DNA from: Alphaproteobacteria bacterium
Lineage (GTDB): Bacteria > Pseudomonadota > Alphaproteobacteria > UBA828
NCBI GenBank assembly: GCA_963422645.2
Contig: CAXXVO010000009.1
Coordinates: forward strand, 384,001-448,000
Direction: 5' to 3'
DNA length: 64,000 nt
In this document: positions 56,160 to 64,000 of the stretch, in pieces
Layout: every line of letters starts with the position of its first letter
Position numbering within the stretch: the stretch's first letter is position 1
The notes under the pieces: generated by a model
Databases searched by the model: none
Told to the model about the DNA's origin: nothing
What the model saw: only the letters and a program-made list of their open reading frames with translations
Position numbers and translations under genes: made by a program

Positions 56160-56723
56160 ATGACCGATCTGGTCGAGATCGCACCGCCGCGCTTCGACGT
56201 ATCGCTGGCGCTCGCCTACGCCACCGACGACAACGTCACCGGCCGCCCGATTTATCGCAAGGCGGCGTGCTACCTGCACCGCGACGCTGCGTCGCTGCTC
56301 AACCGTGCCATCGACCTTGCCGACACCCAGGGCCTGAAGCTGATCATCTTCGACGGCTATCGGCCAGTGGAGGCGCAGTGGGCGCTCTGGCGGCAATGTC
56401 CGGACCCGACCTTCCTCGCGGACCCGCGGCGCGGCTCGCCGCACTCGCGGGGCGTCGCGCTCGATCTCAGCCTTGTGGATCGGGAGACCGGCGTGCCGCT
56501 CGACATGGGCACCGGCTTCGACGACCTGACGCCGCGCGCATTTCACGGCAGCACCGCGCCGACGCCGACCGCCCAACGCAACCGGATGTTGCTGCTCGGC
56601 CTGATGGCGTCGGCCGGTTGGGATCACTATCTCAACGAATGGTGGCACTACCAGATGTTCACGCCGCGCCGGTATCCCCTGCTCTGGGACTCCGCCGCAG
56701 GCACTGGATTAATGGACCCATGA
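56160..56723 (+). CDS. ddpX: D-alanyl-D-alanine dipeptidase
   Basis: DGYRP, SPHSRGVALD, DMGTGFD, EWWHY. Confidence 0.92.
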   Translation: MTDLVEIAPPRFDVSLALAYATDDNVTGRPIYRKAACYLHRDAASLLNRAIDLADTQGLKLIIFDGYRPVEAQWALWRQCPDPTFLADPRRGSPHSRGVALDLSLVDRETGVPLDMGTGFDDLTPRAFHGSTAPTPTAQRNRMLLLGLMASAGWDHYLNEWWHYQMFTPRRYPLLWDSAAGTGLMDP

Positions 56724-57757
56724 CCCTAGACTGGCTTCTGCGCTCAGGCCGCGCCGCGTGCATCGCCTTCTCCATGGCCGTCACGATAGCCACCGGCAGC
56801 GCCGCCGCCAGCGCCGCCGACTCCGCGGTGATCCTGCAATACCACCGCTTCGGCGAGGTCGCGTACCCGTCGACGAGCGTGACGCTCGACCAGTTCGAGG
56901 CGCACATCGAGCACCTCTTGAGCGGCGGCTACACTGTGCTGCCGGTTCCCGAAATCCTCGCCGCACTCGACGCCGGCCGGCCGCTCCCGGATCGCGCCAT
57001 CGGCATCACCGTCGACGATGCGACGCGTTCGACCTTCCTGGAGGCGTGGCCCCGCCTGGAGGAAGCCAGCTTCCCCTTCACCGTGTTCGTCTCCACCGAT
57101 CCGGTCGACCAGGGCCACGCGGGCATCATGAGTTGGGACGAGCTTCGCCAACTGGTCGCGGCCGGCGTCACCATCGGCAATCACGGCGCCGCGCATGGGC
57201 GCATGTGGCAGAACGACGGCGCAGCAAACAGAGAAGACCTCGAGAGAGCGCGCCGACGGATCCAGGAGGAGCTCGGCATGGACGCCGCGCTCTTCGCCTA
57301 CCCCTACGGCGAATGGAACGGCGCGCTACGCGCGCTCGTCACGGAGCTCGGTTTCGCCGCGGCCTTCGGCCAGCACTCGGGCGTCGTCGGGGCGCACTCG
57401 GACAGGCTCAACCTCCCGCGCTTCGCCCTGAACCAGAATTACGGCGACATCGATCGCTTCAAGCTGATCGCGGACACCCTGCCGGTCGGCGCCCGTGCCG
57501 TGACCCCGACGGATCAAGTCCTAACGGAGAATCCGCCGACCGTCGGCTTCACGATCGAGCCGCCGCTGGCCAACCGCGACAGTCTCGCCTGCTTTGCGTC
57601 GGGCGGTGTTGGCGCGAGCCTCGACCATCAGGAGGGCGGCCGCGTGGAGGTGACCTTCGACCGGGCGTTTCCGCCTGGCCGGGCCCGGCTCAATTGCACA
57701 GCTCCCGCCGGAGGCGGGCGCTGGCACTGGTTCGGCCTGCAGTTCGTTGTGCCCTGA
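56720..57757 (+). CDS. Exported polysaccharide deacetylase (NodB fold)
   Basis: ILQYHRF, ITVDD, GNHGAAH, FAYPYGE; signal peptide. Confidence 0.88.
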   Translation: MTLDWLLRSGRAACIAFSMAVTIATGSAAASAADSAVILQYHRFGEVAYPSTSVTLDQFEAHIEHLLSGGYTVLPVPEILAALDAGRPLPDRAIGITVDDATRSTFLEAWPRLEEASFPFTVFVSTDPVDQGHAGIMSWDELRQLVAAGVTIGNHGAAHGRMWQNDGAANREDLERARRRIQEELGMDAALFAYPYGEWNGALRALVTELGFAAAFGQHSGVVGAHSDRLNLPRFALNQNYGDIDRFKLIADTLPVGARAVTPTDQVLTENPPTVGFTIEPPLANRDSLACFASGGVGASLDHQEGGRVEVTFDRAFPPGRARLNCTAPAGGGRWHWFGLQFVVP

Positions 57758-57774
57758 CGCCCGGGCTGCGCCGA

Positions 57775-59229
57775 TCAGATAGGCGGTCGCCCGTTCGGCG
57801 GGCTGATCACCGCCGTCCACTGGCGGTTGTTCAACCACGCCCGGTCGAAGTCGCCAAGCCGGTTCTGGCGGATGATTTGGCGGATGGTCTTGACGTAGGC
57901 CGACCGTCGCTCCGAATAGCTCCGCAGCTCGCCGGCCAGGGCGTAGCCGTCGAGTCGGTCGCCGTGGCGCAGCTCAGCCCGCCGGCGGCGGAAGTCCTCG
58001 TAGGCCCAATGGCTGTTGAGGTTGTGCACATAGGCGCGCACCGCCGCGAGCAGATTGTCGTGGCTGCGCACGCGATGACGCCTGTCCGCATCGCGTCGCG
58101 CGGGCACCATGCCCGGCTTGGCGTTGTAGGTGTATTGACCGAAGAGCGCGTTGCCCTCCCGCACGAAGCGAGAGGAGCCCCACCCCGTCTCCTCCGCCGC
58201 CTGTGCCAGCGCCAGCGAGGGCGGCACGATATCCATCCGGTTCAGCAGGTCCTGCACGTCGAGCGGGTCCGCACCGTAGAGATCGGCCGTGGCGATGAGC
58301 CATTCCCGGTCTGCGGGCGCGAGCGCGTCGGCGGGAGAGAGCGTGTCGGCCCGCGTGAACCTGTCTGCCAGTCGCTCCAGCCGCCAGCGGGCGGAGGTGA
58401 TCTCCTCGTTGACCTGAAGGATGATCGGGAGGACCGCCTGAACGAAGAGATGCTTCTTCGCACTGACGGGCGACATGTCGGCGAGATCGCGCGGGAGCGC
58501 CTCGAGAATGAGGCGCGGCACAGGGCTAACCGTCGCCCGCACCTGGTCGAGGTCGTAGCCGATCGCCTCGAAGCGCGCGACGACGGCGTTGGCTGAAGTG
58601 CCCCTCGTTGGGGGCTTGAGCACGACCGACGGTATCGTGTCTGTCGTGCCAGTATGCACCAGCTTGCGAGGCTTCGACACCAGCGGGGGCGGTGGCGGAT
58701 CTTCAGCCTGCAGCGCCCCAAGCCGCATGATCGTCGGCGCGTAGCGGGGCGAGGCCGCAATCGGCCGATCGGGCAGCGTCGTTGCCTCTCGCCACGCGGC
58801 CTGCCGCGAATCGCCGGGAGGCACGGGAGCCAGTGTGAGAAGCCGGCCAATCGCTGCGGGCGGATGAATATCCCGAGGTATCGCCCCCGACAGAGAGAAG
58901 ACGAACTTGATGCGGCCGGGCACTGCAGGCATCGCGTCGGCAGGTGCTGGATCTTCTGTCGTCGCGCCTGTGATCGAGTCCATTCCTGCGACGAGGAAGC
59001 TCAACGGCGACGCGCCGCGAGCAGCGGCTGGCTTGATCGGGTCGACGCCGGCCGCGGTCATGGCGAAAGCCGCGAGCGCCGCGACCCCCAGCGCGCCAAG
59101 CACCGGCCAGGGGGCAACCCTCGGACCGCTCGCCAACTTCGGCGGCAATGCCTCAAGTGCACGCCGCCGGAACAACGGGGCACTCCCCCTCCGCGCGCAC
59201 GCGGAGGCCCGCCCCTCGGCACTCAACAA
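57775..59229 (-). CDS. Bax-like glucosaminidase-domain protein
   Basis: PPSLALAQAAEETGWGSSRF...NALFGQ, YVHNLNSH, YSER; TTG start uncertain. Confidence 0.82.
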   Translation of the reverse strand: MLSAEGRASACARRGSAPLFRRRALEALPPKLASGPRVAPWPVLGALGVAALAAFAMTAAGVDPIKPAAARGASPLSFLVAGMDSITGATTEDPAPADAMPAVPGRIKFVFSLSGAIPRDIHPPAAIGRLLTLAPVPPGDSRQAAWREATTLPDRPIAASPRYAPTIMRLGALQAEDPPPPPLVSKPRKLVHTGTTDTIPSVVLKPPTRGTSANAVVARFEAIGYDLDQVRATVSPVPRLILEALPRDLADMSPVSAKKHLFVQAVLPIILQVNEEITSARWRLERLADRFTRADTLSPADALAPADREWLIATADLYGADPLDVQDLLNRMDIVPPSLALAQAAEETGWGSSRFVREGNALFGQYTYNAKPGMVPARRDADRRHRVRSHDNLLAAVRAYVHNLNSHWAYEDFRRRRAELRHGDRLDGYALAGELRSYSERRSAYVKTIRQIIRQNRLGDFDRAWLNNRQWTAVISPPNGRPPI

Positions 59230-59277
59230 AACGCCCTATCTCCCTCCCCGGGCTTCGCCGGGAACGCACGAGCCGCA

Positions 59278-59835
59278 CTAGACGGCGCGCACCTCCACGA
59301 CTTCCGGGATGTAGTGTTTCAGCATGTTCTCGATGCCCATCTTCAGGGTCATGGTCGAGCTGGGACAGCCCTGGCACGATCCCTGGAGCTGAAGCATCAC
59401 GACGCCGTTCTGAAACCCCTGATAGGTGATATCCCCGCCGTCCTGTGCCACCGCCGGACGCACCCGCGTATCCAGCAGCTCCTTGATCTGGGAGATGATC
59501 TCCGAATCGGCGCCGTCGTCCGCCACCTCCTCTGCCGTCTGCGCGGCATCGTCGAGGAGCAGCGGATGGCCCGCCACGAAGTGTTCCATGATCACGCCGA
59601 GGATCACGGGTTTCAGTAGTTGCCAGTCGGCATCATCGGACTTGGAGACAGACACGAAGTCGCCACCGAAGAAAACGCCGGTGACTCCCTCGACCTGAAA
59701 CAGCCGCCGCGCAAGCGGCGAACGCTCCGCCGATTCGACATCGCGGAAGTCCGCAGTCCCAGTCGACATCACTGCCTCTCCGGGCAGAAATTTTAATGTC
59801 GCCGGGTTCGGGGTCCGCTCGGTCTGGATGAACAT
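59278..59835 (-). CDS. nfuA: NifU/NfuA Fe-S carrier
   Basis: MFIQTERTPNPATLKF, RVRPAVAQDGGDI, GSCQGCPSS. Confidence 0.93.
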   Translation of the reverse strand: MFIQTERTPNPATLKFLPGEAVMSTGTADFRDVESAERSPLARRLFQVEGVTGVFFGGDFVSVSKSDDADWQLLKPVILGVIMEHFVAGHPLLLDDAAQTAEEVADDGADSEIISQIKELLDTRVRPAVAQDGGDITYQGFQNGVVMLQLQGSCQGCPSSTMTLKMGIENMLKHYIPEVVEVRAV

Positions 59836-60004
59836 GCTTTTCCCAACCCTGCCCATAATGGGCGCCTAACCGTTGTCCAGAGTGCGGATAACGTCAAGGC
59901 CAATGGTTATACCACTGAATTGTGGTGCATTTCTGCGTATTGCACAGGTTATTCACAGAGCAGGATTGCACCCTTGGCACCCCGTAGCCCGGGTATTGCA
60001 GCGG

Positions 60005-60511
60005 CTACGTCAGATCCTGGAGCTGTTGCTCGTCCAGGTTTCCGGGCACGACCACGAGCGGGACATTGAGCTGACCGGCGAGCTGACCGGCGAGCCATGA
60101 AATCAGCGATCCGTGCCCCTGATCGGGCGGGGCCGCGCCGACGACGAGCAGGTTGATGGCCTCGTTCTCGTCTATGTGGCCCAGGATCTCATCACCGATT
60201 GCGCCCTCGCGCACCGCCACGCTGGGCGGCTCTGCGGTGACCTCCTCCACCTTGGCGGCGATGGCGTTGAGGAGGGCTTCCGCCTCCTCCCGCGTCTCCT
60301 GCCGCATCAGCTCGCCGACCGCGGCCCAGTGCTGGAACTCGGGCGGCTGCACGACGTGAAGAAGTGCCACATGGCCACCGGAATTCTTGGCGCGCAGCGC
60401 GGCGAATCGTGCCGCGACTTCGGAATGGCCATCGTCCGCGACGCAGACCAGGAAGGTGACCTGCCCGGCGACATGGGCTGCGTCCGTTTCGGGCGGCGCT
60501 TGTTCGGTCAT
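60005..60511 (-). CDS. Universal stress protein
   Basis: FLVCVAD, EFQHWAAV, LLVVGA, PLVVVPG. Confidence 0.88.
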   Translation of the reverse strand: MTEQAPPETDAAHVAGQVTFLVCVADDGHSEVAARFAALRAKNSGGHVALLHVVQPPEFQHWAAVGELMRQETREEAEALLNAIAAKVEEVTAEPPSVAVREGAIGDEILGHIDENEAINLLVVGAAPPDQGHGSLISWLAGQLAGQLNVPLVVVPGNLDEQQLQDLT

Positions 60512-60532
60512 GGCATCGATCCCACCGCGTCC

Positions 60533-61300
60533 TCAGCCCTTGCGGAAGGCGAAGCTGCCCAACAATCCTGCCATCAGCGCGAGCGCGATAGCAATGACGC
60601 CGTAGAGGGCCTCGTCCGCCCGCGCGAAGGTGGAGATGTCCGCCGAGAATCCCGCCTTCTCGATGCTCAGCGCCGCCGAGCGCGTGCTGAGCACTTCGCT
60701 GTCGACCAAGAGCATTGCCTCGACCACATAGTCGCCGGTCGGCACGTGGGCGGGCAGGTCGATCGTTGTGCGGAACAGGCGCTCGTCGATGAACTCCACG
60801 ACGCCCGGCGCCGATCTGTAGAGGGAATCGCGCTCCCGGTCGCGGTGCAGGGCGGCGCGGAACTCATCCGCGTCACCCGACGTATCGAACCAGATGGCCT
60901 CCAGCAACACGCGCTCGGAGCCAAGCTGCTTGCGGTCAAGCAACTCGACGGGGGCGATCTCTTCGAGTGGCCCTGAGGTCGCGACGAAGTAATAGCCGGG
61001 CACGTTGCGGAAGGCGATCGACTCCCGGTTGACCCAGACACCGACCGACCGCCGCTTGCGGCGCACCACCACCGGCTCCTCGGGCCCGCGCACGGAAACC
61101 ACGACATCGCCCGCCACGTCGGTCGCGCCGAAGAGCAGGATCGAGGTGCCCGCGAAGTTCGAATCGATCTCGATGCGCTGGGTCGAGAGCGCGATCAGCA
61201 AGGGCTCGTCATGCTCCTGCGCGACCGCGCTGCTGGTCGCCGGCATCGCTATCGCTGCGGCGACAACCGCCATCCCGAGCAGTTGCAGCACGCGCCGCAT
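60533..61300 (-). CDS. TIGR02186-family membrane protein
   Basis: SNFAGTSILLFGA, VRRKRR...WVN, LFRTTIDLPA; typical partner of the adjacent TauE gene. Confidence 0.85.
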   Translation of the reverse strand: MRRVLQLLGMAVVAAAIAMPATSSAVAQEHDEPLLIALSTQRIEIDSNFAGTSILLFGATDVAGDVVVSVRGPEEPVVVRRKRRSVGVWVNRESIAFRNVPGYYFVATSGPLEEIAPVELLDRKQLGSERVLLEAIWFDTSGDADEFRAALHRDRERDSLYRSAPGVVEFIDERLFRTTIDLPAHVPTGDYVVEAMLLVDSEVLSTRSAALSIEKAGFSADISTFARADEALYGVIAIALALMAGLLGSFAFRKG

Positions 61301-62214
61301 CAGTTCCCCCACAGCGGTGCGACGGCGAAGGGGTCGTCCGGCATCACCACCAGCGAATAGGCCAGCCGACCGCCCACCGCGAGCACCATGAGTGCGAGCA
61401 GGCCCCGGAGATGCTCCGCCCGGATGCGCCCGCCGATCCGCGTGCCGTACTGGGCGCCGATCACGGCACCGACCGCCAACAGGAGGCCGAGGATGATGTC
61501 GACATTGTTGTTGTTGATGGCGTGGGCGAAGCACGAGACCGAGCTGATCACGATGATGCCGAGCAGCGAGGTGCCCACCACCACCGCCGTCGGCATGCCG
61601 ATGAGGTAGATCATCGCCGGCACCATGAAGAACCCGCCGCCCACACCCATGATGGAGGCAACGATGCCCATGAGAAAGCCGAGCAAGAAGGGCGGGATCG
61701 CGCTGACGTAGAGGCGGGAGCGCCGGAATCGGAGCCTGAGCGGCAGCCCGTGAATCCAGGTGTGGACGTGGGCCTTGCGGCGCGCCGTACGCTGGCGCCG
61801 CACCGTTGCTCTCACGCTCTCGACCGCCATCAAGCAGCCGACCACCCCGAGAAACACGACGTAGGAGAGAGACACCACCAGGTCGATCTGGCCGGCATCG
61901 CTCAACAACCTGAAGATGTAGGCGCCGAGCCAGGCGCCGCCTGCGCCGCCGCAGGAGATCAGCGCACCGATCAGGAAATCGACGTTGCCTCGCCGCCAGT
62001 GCGCCATCGTGCCGGAAACCGACGATGCGATGATCAAGTTGGTGCCGGTGCCGACGGCGACCGAGGGCGTGACGCCGAGGAAGATCAGGAGCGGCGTCAT
62101 CAAAAAGCCGCCGCCCACGCCGAACATGCCCGACAGCAGGCCCACGCCCCCGCCGAGCACGAGCAGAATCAGCGCATTGGCTGAAAGCTCGGCGATCGGG
62201 AGGTAGATCTCCAT
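61300..62214 (-). CDS. TauE/SafE-family membrane transporter
   Basis: MEIYLPIAE, GMFGVGGGFLMTP, MGVGGGF. Confidence 0.9.
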   Translation of the reverse strand: MEIYLPIAELSANALILLVLGGGVGLLSGMFGVGGGFLMTPLLIFLGVTPSVAVGTGTNLIIASSVSGTMAHWRRGNVDFLIGALISCGGAGGAWLGAYIFRLLSDAGQIDLVVSLSYVVFLGVVGCLMAVESVRATVRRQRTARRKAHVHTWIHGLPLRLRFRRSRLYVSAIPPFLLGFLMGIVASIMGVGGGFFMVPAMIYLIGMPTAVVVGTSLLGIIVISSVSCFAHAINNNNVDIILGLLLAVGAVIGAQYGTRIGGRIRAEHLRGLLALMVLAVGGRLAYSLVVMPDDPFAVAPLWGN

Positions 62215-62345
62215 CGAAAAAACAGCGTGGTGCGTGTGGGGATACGCACGTTACATGCGCCTCACGCTCAAGTTGCGCAAGCGAAAAGTCTGTAATCGTG
62301 CAGCATTTTCGCCGGATTGGGCCGCAGAGCGCGGCCCGGCACTGC

Positions 62346-63338
62346 TCAGGCGTCGAGCAGCCCCATGATGCGCCGCACTTCGGCGAGGTTGGCGTCCGCG
62401 ATCTGCCGGGCGCGCTCGGCACCGTCGGCAAGCACGCCGTCGATGTAGCCGGGGTCCGCCAACAACTCACGCATGCGTGCGGCGAGCGGGCCGAGTGTCT
62501 CGATCGCGAGATCGGCGAGCTCGCTCTTGAAGTCGGCAAAGCCGATCAGGGAATGCTCGGCGGCCACTCTCTCGATGGGCTCGTCGACGAGCGCGGCGTA
62601 GATGCTCAGCAGGTTCGAGGCTTCGGGCCGGCGCTCGACGTCGTAAGCGAGACCAGGCTCCGAATCGGTCTTCGCGCGTTTGATCTTGAGCGCGATCGTG
62701 TCGGCGTCGTCGGTCAGATTGATCCGCGCGTACTCGGACCCGTCCGACTTGCTCATCTTCTTGCGCCCGTCTCTCAGACTCATCACCCGCGTGGCGGCGC
62801 CGAAGATCATCGGCTCGGGCAGGGGGAAGAATTCCCGGTCGTAGGCGCGGTTGAAGGCGCTGGCAATATCGCGGGAGAGCTCCAGGTGCTGCTTCTGATC
62901 CTCGCCCACCGGCACGGCGGTCGCGTGGTAGAGCAGAATGTCGGCCGCCATCAGCACCGGGTAGGCGTAGAGGCCGAGGAGCGCACTGTCCCGCTTCTTT
63001 CCCGCCTTCTCCTTGAACTGGGTCATGCGGTTGAGCCAGCCGAGCGGGGTGAAGCAGTTGAGGATCCAGGCGAGCTCCGCATGTCCCGTCACGCGGCTCT
63101 GGTTGAAGATGATGCAGGTCTTGGGGTCGAGCCCGGAGGCGATCAGTCCGGCGGTGACCTCGCGCGTGTTGTTCGTGAGCTCTTCCGGATCCTGCGGCAC
63201 CGTGATCGCATGCAGATCGACAATGCAATAAATGCAGTCGTATTCCCGCTGCATCGCGACCCAGTTCTTGATCGCGCCAAGGTAGTTGCCGAGGTGCAGG
63301 TTGCCGGTCGGCTGTACGCCGGAAAAGACCCGCTTCAT
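62346..63338 (-). CDS. trpS: Tryptophan--tRNA ligase
   Basis: [31 protein letters not shown]. Confidence 0.97.
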   Translation of the reverse strand: MKRVFSGVQPTGNLHLGNYLGAIKNWVAMQREYDCIYCIVDLHAITVPQDPEELTNNTREVTAGLIASGLDPKTCIIFNQSRVTGHAELAWILNCFTPLGWLNRMTQFKEKAGKKRDSALLGLYAYPVLMAADILLYHATAVPVGEDQKQHLELSRDIASAFNRAYDREFFPLPEPMIFGAATRVMSLRDGRKKMSKSDGSEYARINLTDDADTIALKIKRAKTDSEPGLAYDVERRPEASNLLSIYAALVDEPIERVAAEHSLIGFADFKSELADLAIETLGPLAARMRELLADPGYIDGVLADGAERARQIADANLAEVRRIMGLLDA

Positions 63339-63390
63339 GTCAGGAACGCTCCGCCGGGGGCGCGCCTTATCGCGCCCTCGCGCGGCGCCG

Positions 63391-64000
63391 TCAACCTTGG
63401 CCTTGGTCTTGGCCTTGCCGCCGGGCCAACAGCGCGCGCATTTCGCCCACCGATACGACACCTGAGACGATGGCGAGAGCGCCATAGGCGGCCAGGCCGG
63501 CGGCGACGAGAGCCGCGAGCGCCGCAATACGCATGCCCCCCGTCTCGAGGGCCATCTCCAAGGCAAGCGCGAGCGCCCAGAGTACGACCGCCATGCCCGC
63601 AGAGGCCGCGATCATGCGCGGCAGCCGGCGCCTCAGCCTGCGGTCCGGCTTCAGGAAGCCGCGCCGGGCGAGGCCGGCAGCCAGCAGGCCGACATTGAGC
63701 CAGCCGGCGAGCGTGGTCGCCAGCGCGATCCCGACATGGGCGAGCGGCCCCATGAGAGCGAGATTCAGCGCGACATTCACCACGAGGCAGAGAACCGCAA
63801 TGCGCACCGGCGTCCTGGTGTCCTGACGCGCGAAATAGCCGGGCGCCAGAACCTTGATCAGCACGAACGCGGGCAATCCCGCGGCGTAGGCGATGAGCGC
63901 GCCGGCCGTGGCGTCGCTCTCCGCCACGCCGAACGCGCCGCGCTCGAACAGGACCGCGATCACGGGGCTCGCGATGACGACGAGCGCGACCGCCGCCGGG
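63391..64000 (-). CDS. murJ: Lipid II flippase MurJ, 3' part (truncated by the window)
   Basis: [24 protein letters not shown]; upstream of trpS. Confidence 0.9.
   Translation of the reverse strand, partial: PAAVALVVIASPVIAVLFERGAFGVAESDATAGALIAYAAGLPAFVLIKVLAPGYFARQDTRTPVRIAVLCLVVNVALNLALMGPLAHVGIALATTLAGWLNVGLLAAGLARRGFLKPDRRLRRRLPRMIAASAGMAVVLWALALALEMALETGGMRIAALAALVAAGLAAYGALAIVSGVVSVGEMRALLARRQGQDQGQG

Noticed and set aside
58308-58352. Short internal repeat ADTLSP/ADALAP in the glucosaminidase
   Set aside because: A single degenerate 18-nt duplication with no evident significance.

Overview
GC-rich alphaproteobacterial chromosome segment (Rhodospirillales-like from the rRNA and from popZ, coq7 and olsAB; exact taxon not determined). 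Bases 1-1.9 kb are the edge of a probable genomic island at tRNA-fMet. They hold an unannotated large ORF, a decayed serine recombinase and an IS66 remnant. A complete minus-strand rrn operon follows (16S, tRNA-Ile, tRNA-Ala, 23S, 5S, tRNA-fMet), then asd and leuB. From about 10 to 46 kb is an accessory catabolic and transport region: a Dpp-type ABC transporter split by an IS1634, hydantoinase-family amidohydrolases, flavin monooxygenases, an internally deleted Rieske oxygenase and a hicAB pair whose toxin is interrupted by an IS66. From about 44.8 kb onward it is mostly housekeeping (coq7, metC, ilvD, valS, popZ, fur, olsB/olsA, rimI, tsaB, ddpX, nfuA, trpS, murJ). Most unusual signals: (1) a dispersed non-coding element (15.55-15.9 kb and, inverted, 44.45-44.77 kb) pairing a 16-bp palindrome with a 9-10-bp-period tandem array resembling MraZ boxes; (2) two intact-looking genes whose best-placed start codon is ACG; (3) a recombinase element joined to IS66 tnpC; (4) a lipoprotein with a metzincin domain and a TbpB-like barrel. 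All calls come from reading the sequence; no searches were run.
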